NCBI GenBank assembly: GCA_965204725.1
Contig: OZ242005.1
Coordinates: 3,072,001 to 3,136,000, forward strand
Length of the DNA stretch: 64,000 nucleotides
From: Candidatus Latescibacterota bacterium
GTDB taxonomy: Bacteria > Latescibacterota > UBA2968 > UBA8231
Reading direction: 5' to 3'
Below the pieces are notes generated by a model. That model worked only from the letters and a program-made list of their open reading frames with translations. It did not search any database and was not told the DNA's origin. Shown here in pieces: positions 36,848 through 45,212 of this stretch; the first letter of the stretch is position 1; every line of letters starts with the position of its first letter. The position numbers and the translations under genes were made by a program.

Positions 36848-39804
36848 GCGTCGCGCCCTTCCTATTTCTCCTTTTTGCCGCGCCCTTGTGGGGGCAAGAC
36901 CTCGGCGTCGCGCCGGCCAAACCCGTCGGCCCTCCCAAGATGGAAAGTGCGCTGTGGGAACGGCTCTCGGCGGCCAAGCCGACCCGCGCAGCAGACGGCC
37001 CACGTGCGGTCGTGGTCTTGGTGCCCGCGGCGGGCGAGGCCGCGACCATTGACACCACAGCGTTAGCCGCCCTCGGCGTCGAGATTCTAGCCCAGTCCAA
37101 GAGCCTGATGCGCGCGTCGGTGCCGACCGCATCGTTGCGGGCGGTGTCTGAGTTACCGAGTGTGGCCTTTGTCCGTCGGCCGTACCGGCCGCACGCGCAA
37201 CAAACCCTTAGCGAAGGCCTAGCGCACATTCGCGCCTTTGAAAACCACGCGGCCGGTGCCCAAGGCCAAGGGGTCAAGGTGGCGGTTATCGACGGGGGAT
37301 TTAAGGGGGCCGATAAACTGAGCGAAGACCTGCCGGTGCGTCGGTGGTATCGCGATTATACGGGCGAGGGGATATACGCCAGCACGAGCGCCCACGGCAC
37401 GGCGTGTGCCGAGGTCATCTACGACGTGGCCCCAGCAGCCGAACTCTATCTGTATAAGGTGGCGGATGAAGTGGATTTGGAGAACGCCAAAGACCGCTGC
37501 ATCCAAAACGGAGTCGCTGTCGTAAACTACTCGGCGACTTGGGTGAACACGGGCTTTGGGGACGGGCGCGGGCTCATCTGCGACATCGTAAACGACGCGG
37601 CCGACCATGGCATCCTCTGGGTCAACGCGGTCGGCAACTACGCCCAAAGGCATTACGCGGGTTTTTGGCACGACAGCGACGCCGACAATCGGCACAATTT
37701 TGCCGCGGGCGATGACGCGGTGAATTTTTTCGCGGAAGTCGGCGACGCCATCCGGGTGACCCTGACTTGGGACGATTGGCCCTCCACCACCGCGGATTAC
37801 GACCTATATCTCTACTATCAAGACGCGCTCGGCAACATCAGAGAGGTCGGCAAAAGCACGGATGTGCAGGGAAACGGCGGCGAGCCGGTGGAGTTTCTCG
37901 AATACTTTGCCGGGATAACGGGCACGTATGGCATTTCCGTGGTACGCGTTGGCGAGGCCGCGCCCAAAAGGCTGCGCGTGTGGTCTTGGCACCACGACAT
38001 TGAATATCCGGTCTCGGCGAGCAGCTTGGGGATTCCGTCGGACGCGCGCGGCGCGCTGAGCGTGGGGGCGATTCACCACGACCAATGGGACTTGGGCACG
38101 CTGGCAAGCTATAGCTCGCGCGGCCCCACCGCCGATGGCCGCATCAAGCCCGACCTCGTCGCGCCAGCGGGCGTGGCAACGGCTTCTTACGGTGCGGATG
38201 GGTTTTCGGGGACCTCGGCGGCCGCTCCCCACGTGGCTGGAGCAGCCGCCCTGCTCAAATCGGCCAATCCTTCGCTCACACGCGACGAGCTGTGGAATGC
38301 CCTCGTCGCGGCCACGGTCAATTTGGGCGCACCGGGCAAGGACGACAGCACGGGCTACGGCAAACTCGTGCTGGCGGTTTCCGTGCCGCAAATTGCCGAG
38401 GTCTCGCCGCGCCTCGTTCAGTACGGCCAAACCCTTACCATCGTCGGTGAGGGGTTCGGCGCAGACAAAGGGACGAGCCAAGTGGTCTTTTTCGGGGGCA
38501 AGCAGCCGAGCGATTCCGACTATCTCGCGTGGAGCGACGCGCAGATTCGAGTGCGCGTACCGACCGGCGCTCGCACCGGCGAGGTGCAGGTGATAACCAG
38601 AAGCGGCCGCGACCGTGCGCAGGTGGTAGTCACGTCGCCTTACATTGAGGCGGTAGCGAATCACACGCGCAGGGACGCGCCAGCCAAGACCGACGATCTC
38701 ATGGAAATTGCCGGCGATAATTTCGGCCTCGTGCGGGGCAATCGTTCCGTGCGGATTGATTCGGTCGCGGTGTCTTGGTTTGAGTCTTGGTCGAATGGGG
38801 CGATACGGTTCCGCGTTCCTCTCAACGCGCCCTCGGGCGACCTGACTGTTGAGACGCCGGAAGGCGTTAGCAATGGCGTCCGCATGGAGATCGCCAGCCC
38901 GTATCTCGCGCAACTTTCGCCGCCGCAAGTGCAGGCTGGCGAGTACCTGACCCTGACCGGCGGCAACTTTGGCTCTGAGCGCGGCGCGGGATACGTTTTG
39001 TTTTACCCCAATGTGCAAGCGGCCGCAGACGATTATGCGGTCTGGTCTAATGGCATCGTCGTCGTCCGGGTTCCGTCCCAAGCCCGCAGCGGTGCGGTGC
39101 GGGTTTTTACCGCCGATGGGGCTACGGGGGTCGCGCAAGTTGAGATTGGCAGCGAGCGGGTAGAGCCGCTGCCGAGCAGCGGAGTTTTCGGCTACAGCCC
39201 GCCCGCCGTTAGCAAAAATCCCAAGAGCGTCCGGTTCGGCTTTGAGGGGATTGAGCGCACGGTCTTGTGCCAGTTTTCGGCCAAGGAAGTAAGCGACGAC
39301 GAGGTCGTCGTTTTCCTCAACGAACAGGAGTACGCCGCGGTGCCAGCGAGCGCGGATTGGACGAAGCGGTATCTCGTCCTTGACGCAACGCAACTGCGCT
39401 CCGGGCAAAACATCATTGAGTTCCGCAACATGCTCAACCAAGGCCGGGCCGCATCCTTTGCCCGCTGGCAGTTGAAAGACGTGGCGTTGTGGAAGCCGTT
39501 TCGCGCTAAGCTGGCGGCCGGGCCGGTGCCGGAAGGCTTGGGCCATCCCTTTCCCACGCCGTTCAACTCGGAAGTGACCATTCCCTTTGCGCTGGCCGAG
39601 GCCGGTCTGGTGAGGATTTCCGTCTATAACTTGATGGGTCAGCCGGTTCGCGTGTTGGCCGATGGCTGGGTGGCGGCTGGCGCACACCGCGTGCGTTGGG
39701 ATGGTCGCACGGCGGCGGGCGCGGAGGCTGCGTCTGGGGTCTATTGGGCCGTGTTGCAAGCAGGGGAGGCCGTTCAAACTGCTAGGTTGGCGTTGATTCG
39801 CTGA
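36844..39804 (+). CDS. Secreted S8 (subtilisin-like) protease 1 with three IPT/TIG domains and a FlgD/T9SS-type C-terminal domain
   Basis: Triad VAVIDGG, HGTACA, GTSAAAPHVAG; signal peptide starts at TTG 36844, overlapping the AKR stop; CTD PFPTPFN...YNLMGQ...WDGR...SGVY. Confidence 0.9.
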   Translation: MSVAPFLFLLFAAPLWGQDLGVAPAKPVGPPKMESALWERLSAAKPTRAADGPRAVVVLVPAAGEAATIDTTALAALGVEILAQSKSLMRASVPTASLRAVSELPSVAFVRRPYRPHAQQTLSEGLAHIRAFENHAAGAQGQGVKVAVIDGGFKGADKLSEDLPVRRWYRDYTGEGIYASTSAHGTACAEVIYDVAPAAELYLYKVADEVDLENAKDRCIQNGVAVVNYSATWVNTGFGDGRGLICDIVNDAADHGILWVNAVGNYAQRHYAGFWHDSDADNRHNFAAGDDAVNFFAEVGDAIRVTLTWDDWPSTTADYDLYLYYQDALGNIREVGKSTDVQGNGGEPVEFLEYFAGITGTYGISVVRVGEAAPKRLRVWSWHHDIEYPVSASSLGIPSDARGALSVGAIHHDQWDLGTLASYSSRGPTADGRIKPDLVAPAGVATASYGADGFSGTSAAAPHVAGAAALLKSANPSLTRDELWNALVAATVNLGAPGKDDSTGYGKLVLAVSVPQIAEVSPRLVQYGQTLTIVGEGFGADKGTSQVVFFGGKQPSDSDYLAWSDAQIRVRVPTGARTGEVQVITRSGRDRAQVVVTSPYIEAVANHTRRDAPAKTDDLMEIAGDNFGLVRGNRSVRIDSVAVSWFESWSNGAIRFRVPLNAPSGDLTVETPEGVSNGVRMEIASPYLAQLSPPQVQAGEYLTLTGGNFGSERGAGYVLFYPNVQAAADDYAVWSNGIVVVRVPSQARSGAVRVFTADGATGVAQVEIGSERVEPLPSSGVFGYSPPAVSKNPKSVRFGFEGIERTVLCQFSAKEVSDDEVVVFLNEQEYAAVPASADWTKRYLVLDATQLRSGQNIIEFRNMLNQGRAASFARWQLKDVALWKPFRAKLAAGPVPEGLGHPFPTPFNSEVTIPFALAEAGLVRISVYNLMGQPVRVLADGWVAAGAHRVRWDGRTAAGAEAASGVYWAVLQAGEAVQTARLALIR

Positions 39805-40045
39805 GCGTTGGTTGAAATTATCGGCGGTATCCCTATTTTTAAGCCGTCCACTTTCTCGCACAGAAACCCGCATGTCGGGTCTTCTGTTGAATACAAGAGC
39901 TGATATAAAGCGGTGGGGGTTGCTCCTCGCCGTCGGTGAATAGACAGAGCGTTCCCGCATGACTCTGTGCGCGAAGGTGGACAAGGCCCGGCTCCCCAAT
40001 GCCGTGGGAGCCGCTTTCCCCTTCCCCTAACGCGGAGAGTATCTC

Positions 40046-42313
40046 ATGCGGTCCCCAATCAATCGTTATCACGTTATTACCCTTACCCTTACCGGCCTTT
40101 TCTTGGGCGTACCCCTTTGGGGGCTGGACCTAAACTTCGCCCCGGCTAAACCTGACGGCCCTGCTAAGATACAGAGTGCGTTGTGGGAGTTGGCAACGCC
40201 GCGGGCGGGCAAGCCGATCCACGATTTACAGGATACGGTCGTCGTCATCTTGGTTCCCCATCGCGGCCAAGCGTCGGCTTCGATTGATACGTCGTCTATG
40301 GCGGCGTTGGGCGTTGAGGTGAAGGCCCGGTCGAAAAGCCTGATGCGGGTTTCGGTTCCGGCGTCGTCGTTGTTGGCGGTCTCGGAACTGCCGGGGGTGA
40401 GCTTTGTCCGCCGACCGTTCCGGCCGCAGGCGCAACAGACCTTTATCCTTAGTGAGGGCGGAAGGGACATCAACGCATATAATAATTACTTCGCGGGCGT
40501 GAGAGGCCAAGGGGTCAAGGTGGCCGTTATTGACGGAGGATTTAAGGGGGCGGACGATCTGCCTGGAAATATGCCGGGGTTTTCGTGGCGCAACTATACG
40601 GACGAGGGAATATATGAGGGCGAAAGCGTCCACGGTACAGCCTGTGCCGAGATTATCTACGACGTGGCACCGGAAGCCGAACTCTATCTGTATAAGGTGG
40701 ATGATTTAGTTGATCTTGAAAACGCTAAAGACCGCAGCATACGAGACGGTATCGACATAATCAATCATTCCATGGGCTGGTTTGGAACCGGCATTGGCGA
40801 CGGGCGAGGAATAGCCTGCGACATTGTAAATGACGCTGCGGATAAGGGCATCCTCTGGGTAAATTCAGCGGGCAATGACGCAAAGAGCCATTACTACGGA
40901 TTCTGGTCTGATAACGATTCTGACGGTTGGCACAACTTTAAGGGCGAAGACGAGACGCTAGCGTTTGAAGCGGAGAAAGGGGATGAGATAAGGGTTTTCT
41001 TGACTTGGAACGATTGGCCCAGTTCCCGTGAGAACTACGATCTGTATCTCTTTAGCTCCTCCGACGGTCTCGAACGCGTCGCCAAAAGCACTGATCGTCA
41101 AAATGGCTACGGTGATCTCCCTGTAGAACGAATCGAATACAAGGTAGAGAGATCGGGAGAGTATGGAATTACTGTTCGCAGCGAGGACGCCCGGGCTAGA
41201 AGGCTAAAGATATGGTCGCTTAATCACGATTTTGAAGAGTATTCGGTGGCGGAGAACAGTATCGGGAGTCCGGCCGATGCCCGAGGGGCCATGAGCGTCG
41301 GGGCGGTCCATTACGACTTCTATGACTTGGGCAGAATTGCAGACTACAGCTCGCGTGGTCCCACCACTGATGGTCGCTTCAAACCCGAACTCGTCGCGCC
41401 GAGTGGAGTTTCGACGGTTTCTTATGGAGGATCGGAGTTTTTTTATGGCTATACCGGGACCTCGGCGGCTGCACCCCACGTCGCTGGCGCGGCGGCCCTA
41501 ATCAAGTCGGCCAATCCATCGTACACACGTGACGATTTGTGGGACGCGCTTATCGAGGCAACGGTTGACATAGGCCCTCGGGGAAGGGACAATACTTTTG
41601 GCAACGGCAAACTCGTGCTGCCGATTATTCCACAGGAACTTCCGAGCACAGAGCTCTTAGGGTACAGTCCGCCCGCAGTTACCAGAAATATCATAAACGC
41701 CAAGTTCGGCTTTGAGGGGAGCAATCGTACGCTCTATTGCTATTTTTCAGTTAAGGAAATAAGCGCGGGCGAAGTGGATATTCTTCTCAACGAACAGTGG
41801 TTCAACGCGGTCCCAGCGAGCGCGGACGGGAATTGGAAGCGTTGGTATCTCCCTTTGAACAGATCAGACCTACGCTCCGGTCGTAATACCATCGAGTTCC
41901 GCAATACCTTCAACCAAGACTACCCTGAGTCCTATGCCCACTGGCAGTTGAAGGATGTGTCTGTGACGTCGCGGCGACCGGCCAACGCCAAGCCCGTCCC
42001 CGGGACGCAACTTCTGTCCGAGCTACCGGATGAACTGGTGTCCGGCTTAGGCGCTCCCTTCCCCACGCCGTTCAACGCCTCGGTGACCGTACCCTTCACT
42101 GTCGCGGCCGCTGGTCTGGTGCGGATTTCCGTCTATAACCTGATGGGGCAATCCATTCGCGTGTTGGCCGATGGCTGGACTGAGGCTGGGTTGCACCAAG
42201 TGCGCTGGGATGGCCGCACGGCGGCGGGTGCAGAGGCCGCGTCGGGGGTCTATTGGGCCGTGCTGCAAGCAGGGGAGGCCGTTCAAACGGTCAAGTTGGC
42301 GTTGATTCGCTGA
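40046..42313 (+). CDS. Secreted S8 protease 2 (no IPT) with a FlgD/T9SS-type CTD
   Basis: Same triad and CTD as protease 1; signal peptide; SD GGAG. Confidence 0.9.
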   Translation: MRSPINRYHVITLTLTGLFLGVPLWGLDLNFAPAKPDGPAKIQSALWELATPRAGKPIHDLQDTVVVILVPHRGQASASIDTSSMAALGVEVKARSKSLMRVSVPASSLLAVSELPGVSFVRRPFRPQAQQTFILSEGGRDINAYNNYFAGVRGQGVKVAVIDGGFKGADDLPGNMPGFSWRNYTDEGIYEGESVHGTACAEIIYDVAPEAELYLYKVDDLVDLENAKDRSIRDGIDIINHSMGWFGTGIGDGRGIACDIVNDAADKGILWVNSAGNDAKSHYYGFWSDNDSDGWHNFKGEDETLAFEAEKGDEIRVFLTWNDWPSSRENYDLYLFSSSDGLERVAKSTDRQNGYGDLPVERIEYKVERSGEYGITVRSEDARARRLKIWSLNHDFEEYSVAENSIGSPADARGAMSVGAVHYDFYDLGRIADYSSRGPTTDGRFKPELVAPSGVSTVSYGGSEFFYGYTGTSAAAPHVAGAAALIKSANPSYTRDDLWDALIEATVDIGPRGRDNTFGNGKLVLPIIPQELPSTELLGYSPPAVTRNIINAKFGFEGSNRTLYCYFSVKEISAGEVDILLNEQWFNAVPASADGNWKRWYLPLNRSDLRSGRNTIEFRNTFNQDYPESYAHWQLKDVSVTSRRPANAKPVPGTQLLSELPDELVSGLGAPFPTPFNASVTVPFTVAAAGLVRISVYNLMGQSIRVLADGWTEAGLHQVRWDGRTAAGAEAASGVYWAVLQAGEAVQTVKLALIR

Positions 42314-42333
42314 GTGCTTTTTGCATGTAAGGT

Positions 42334-42359
42334 GTCATTCCCGCGCAAGCGGGAATCCA
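42334..42359. repeat. GTCATTCCCGCG-NNN-GCGGGAATCCA-type palindromic repeat, left of the GIY-YIG remnant
   Basis: GTCATTCCCGCGCAAGCGGGAATCCA; related copies at 42521-42547 (inverted), 44960-44987 and 62097-62124. Confidence 0.85.
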
Positions 42360-42369
42360 CTAAAGCATC

Positions 42370-42500
42370 ATGATCAAACAACCGTCGTGTACATCATGGC
42401 GAGCAAGCGCAACGAAACACTGTACACAGGCGCATCCGGCGACTTGCCCGCTGGCGTGTGGCACCATACAAACAAGGCCCCAGCGGGATGTTCCCATAGA
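42370..42500 (+). pseudogene. Degenerate GIY-YIG nuclease remnant
   Basis: MIKQP, then a frameshift into VYIMASKRNETLYTGASGDLPAGVWHH; truncated; flanked by inverted palindromic repeats. Confidence 0.78.
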
Positions 42501-42632
42501 GCGGTAGCATCCGACTTAGCTGGATTCCCGCGTTCGCGGGAATGACGAAAAAAATAGAGTGGCAGCATCCGACTTGGCTGGATTCCCGCCCCGTGTCGGG
42601 GCACGGGGTGACGTCCTTTTGCGAGAATGTCA
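42496..42632. repeat. Tandem and composite palindromic repeat cluster
   Basis: ATAGAGYGGYAGCATCCGACTTRGCTGGATTCCCGC at 42496 and 42554 (58-bp period). The second copy carries the hairpin CCCCGTG-TCGGGG-CACGGGG, most of which recurs at 45004-45027. Confidence 0.8.
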
Positions 42633-42662
42633 AAAGCCCCAACGTCAGTGAAGGCCGTCAAT

Positions 42663-44897
42663 ATGAGTACTCATAAAGTTATTACCGGCCTTTTCTTGGG
42701 CGTCCTTGGCTATATACCCCTTTGGGGACAGAACCTAAACTTTGTTCCGGTCAAGCCCGATGGTCCGGCTAAGATACAGAGTGCGTTGTGGGAGCTAGCA
42801 GTGCCGTCGGCGGGCAAGTTGGCTCGTGCGGAAGGCGTTGAGGATACGGTCGTCGTCATCTTGGTTCCCCAGCGCGGGCAAGCGTCGGCGGCGATTGATA
42901 CGTCGTCCATGGCTGCGTTGGGCGTTGAGGTGTTGGCGCAGTCCAAGAGTTTGATGCGGGTTTTGGTTCCGGCGTCGTCGTTGTTGGCGGTGTCGGAATT
43001 GCCGGGGGTGAGCTTTGTCCGCCGGCCGTTCCGGCCGCAGGCGCAACAGACTCGGAGCGAAGGTCGGCTACTCATCAACGCGCACGATAATTACTTCGCG
43101 GGCGTGAGAGGCCAAGGGGTCAAGGTGGCCGTTATTGATTTAGGATTTAAGGGAGCGGACGAACTGTCTAGAGATATGCCGGCGCGTTGGTGGTACTACG
43201 ATTATACGGACGAGGGGATATACGCTGGCGAGAACGTCCACGGCACGGCCTGTGCCGAGATTATCTACGATGTGGCACCGGAAGCCGAACTCTATCTGTA
43301 TAAGGTGGGGGATTTAGTTGACCTTGAAAACGCTAAAGACCGCTGCATCCGAGAGGGGATTGACGTAATCAATCATTCCCTCGGCTGGCATGGAACCGGC
43401 ATTGGCGACGGAAAAGGAATAGCCTGCGACATTGTAAATGACGCTGCGGATAAGGGCATTCTCTGGGTAAATGCAGCGGGCAATAGTGCAAACAGCCATT
43501 ACTCTGGGGTCTGGTCTGATTCCGATGCTGACGGTTGGCAGAATTTTAGCGGTGCCTACGAGGTGATAGCGTTTGACGCGAAGAAAGGGGAAGATATAAG
43601 GGTTTTCTTGACGTGGGACGATTGGCCCATGTCCCATGCGGACTACGACTTGTACCTCGAATTTGTGAACTCCGCTGGCGGGCTCGAAAGCGTCGCTGAA
43701 AGTATCGATTCTCAAAGCGGTCCCAGTGGCCACAGCCCTGTAGAATCGATTGAAATCAAGGCCGAGCGATCGGGAAAGTACGGGATTTCTGTTTGGAGCG
43801 TGGAGGCCCGGCCTACAAAGCTAAAAATATGGTCGCTCAATCACGAATTTGAAGGGGATTCGGTGGCGGAGAACAGTATCGAGAGTCCGGCCGATGCCCG
43901 AGGGGCCATGAGCGTCGGGGCGGTCTATTATGGAGATTGGGATGCTGGTCGGATTGAAGACTATAGCTCGCGTGGTCCCACTACCGACGGTCGCTTCAAG
44001 CCTGAACTCGTCGCACCGAGTGGAGTATCGACGACTTCTAATGTACTGGCGGGGTTTATGGGGACCTCGGCGGCTGCGCCCCACGTCGCTGGCGCGGCGG
44101 CTCTAATCAAGTCGGCTAATCCATCGTATTCGCGTGACGATTTGTGGGACGCGCTGGTCGAGGCAACGGTTGACATAGGCCCTCGGGGAAGGGACAACGA
44201 CAGCGGATACGGCAAACTCGTGCTGCCGATTATTCCACAGCAACTTCCTAGCACAGAGCTATTAGGGTACAGTCCGCCCGCAGTTACCAGAAATATCACA
44301 AGCGCCAAGTTCGGCTTTGAGGGAAGCAACCGCGATCTCTATTGCTATTTTACGATAAAGGAAATAGTCACTGGCGAAGTTGACATTTTTCTCAACGAAC
44401 AGCGACTTATCGCGGTCCCAGCGGGCAGGGATTGGAAGCGTTGGTATCTCCCCTTGTACAGATCAAATCTACGCTCCGGTCGTAACACCATCGAGTTCCG
44501 CAATACCTTCAACCAAGAACGCTCCGAATTTTTTGCCCACTGGCAGTTGAAAGATGTGTCTGTGACGTCGCGGCGGCCGGCCAACGCCAAGCCCGTCCTT
44601 GGGACGCAACTTCCGTCCGAGCTACCCGGCCTAGGTGCTCCCTTTCCCACGCCGTTCAACGCCTCGGTGACCGTACCCTTCACCGTCGCGGCCGCTGGTC
44701 CGGTGCGGATTTCCGTCTATAACTTGATGGGGCAATCCATTCGCGTGTTGGCCGATGGGTGGGTCGAGGCTGGGTTGCACCAAGTGCGCTGGGATGGCTG
44801 CACGGCGGCGGGTGTAGAGGTCGCGTCGGGGGTCTATTGGGCTGTGCTGCAAGCCGGGGAGGCCGTTCAAACGGCCAAGTTGGTGTTGATTCGTTGA
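42663..44897 (+). CDS. Secreted S8 protease 3 (no IPT) with a FlgD/T9SS-type CTD
   Basis: Triad VAVIDLG, HGTACA, GTSAAAPHVAG; start at 42663 or 42627. Confidence 0.9.
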   Translation: MSTHKVITGLFLGVLGYIPLWGQNLNFVPVKPDGPAKIQSALWELAVPSAGKLARAEGVEDTVVVILVPQRGQASAAIDTSSMAALGVEVLAQSKSLMRVLVPASSLLAVSELPGVSFVRRPFRPQAQQTRSEGRLLINAHDNYFAGVRGQGVKVAVIDLGFKGADELSRDMPARWWYYDYTDEGIYAGENVHGTACAEIIYDVAPEAELYLYKVGDLVDLENAKDRCIREGIDVINHSLGWHGTGIGDGKGIACDIVNDAADKGILWVNAAGNSANSHYSGVWSDSDADGWQNFSGAYEVIAFDAKKGEDIRVFLTWDDWPMSHADYDLYLEFVNSAGGLESVAESIDSQSGPSGHSPVESIEIKAERSGKYGISVWSVEARPTKLKIWSLNHEFEGDSVAENSIESPADARGAMSVGAVYYGDWDAGRIEDYSSRGPTTDGRFKPELVAPSGVSTTSNVLAGFMGTSAAAPHVAGAAALIKSANPSYSRDDLWDALVEATVDIGPRGRDNDSGYGKLVLPIIPQQLPSTELLGYSPPAVTRNITSAKFGFEGSNRDLYCYFTIKEIVTGEVDIFLNEQRLIAVPAGRDWKRWYLPLYRSNLRSGRNTIEFRNTFNQERSEFFAHWQLKDVSVTSRRPANAKPVLGTQLPSELPGLGAPFPTPFNASVTVPFTVAAAGPVRISVYNLMGQSIRVLADGWVEAGLHQVRWDGCTAAGVEVASGVYWAVLQAGEAVQTAKLVLIR

Positions 44898-44914
44898 GTG
44901 CTAAGCAATGAATC

Positions 44915-45077
44915 GAAAGCATGGAATGTTTATCGGCCCGGTCTTTTTTGCCTACGAGTCGTCATTCCCGCGAAAGCGGGAATCCAGTCTTGAATGATGC
45001 GATCCGTGTCGGGGCACGGGGTGACGTTCTTGCGCGGGAATGACGTACCCCCGTCGAGGGCGGGACGCCCTCGATCC
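44915..45077. repeat. Composite cluster of three palindromic repeat families
   Basis: GAAAGCATGGAATGTT...CGTCATTCCCGCGAAAGCGGGAATCCAGTCTTGA (as at 62065-62135), CCGTGTCGGGGCACGGGGTGACGT, and CGTCGAGGGCGGGACGCCCTCGATCC. Confidence 0.8.
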
Positions 45078-45212
45078 CGGATTCAGCGGGAGCACCAGAA
45101 GGTGTCGTGTGTCGTGTACTTAGGTGTTCTTAATTTGGCGTCGCCATAGAACGCGCCGCTTGGAGGACGAATTGGAATGTCAAACCTCTTAACTTCAGCA
45201 AAGGCCATCAAT

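Noticed and set aside
37804-39999. 731-aa minus-strand ORF and many other long antisense ORFs
   Set aside because: They shadow well-supported genes in GC-rich DNA, are Arg/Pro/Ala-rich and carry no recognisable motifs.
42334-42632. Palindromic repeats as a mini-CRISPR
   Set aside because: Mixed orientations, irregular spacing and dispersed solo copies fit REP-like elements.
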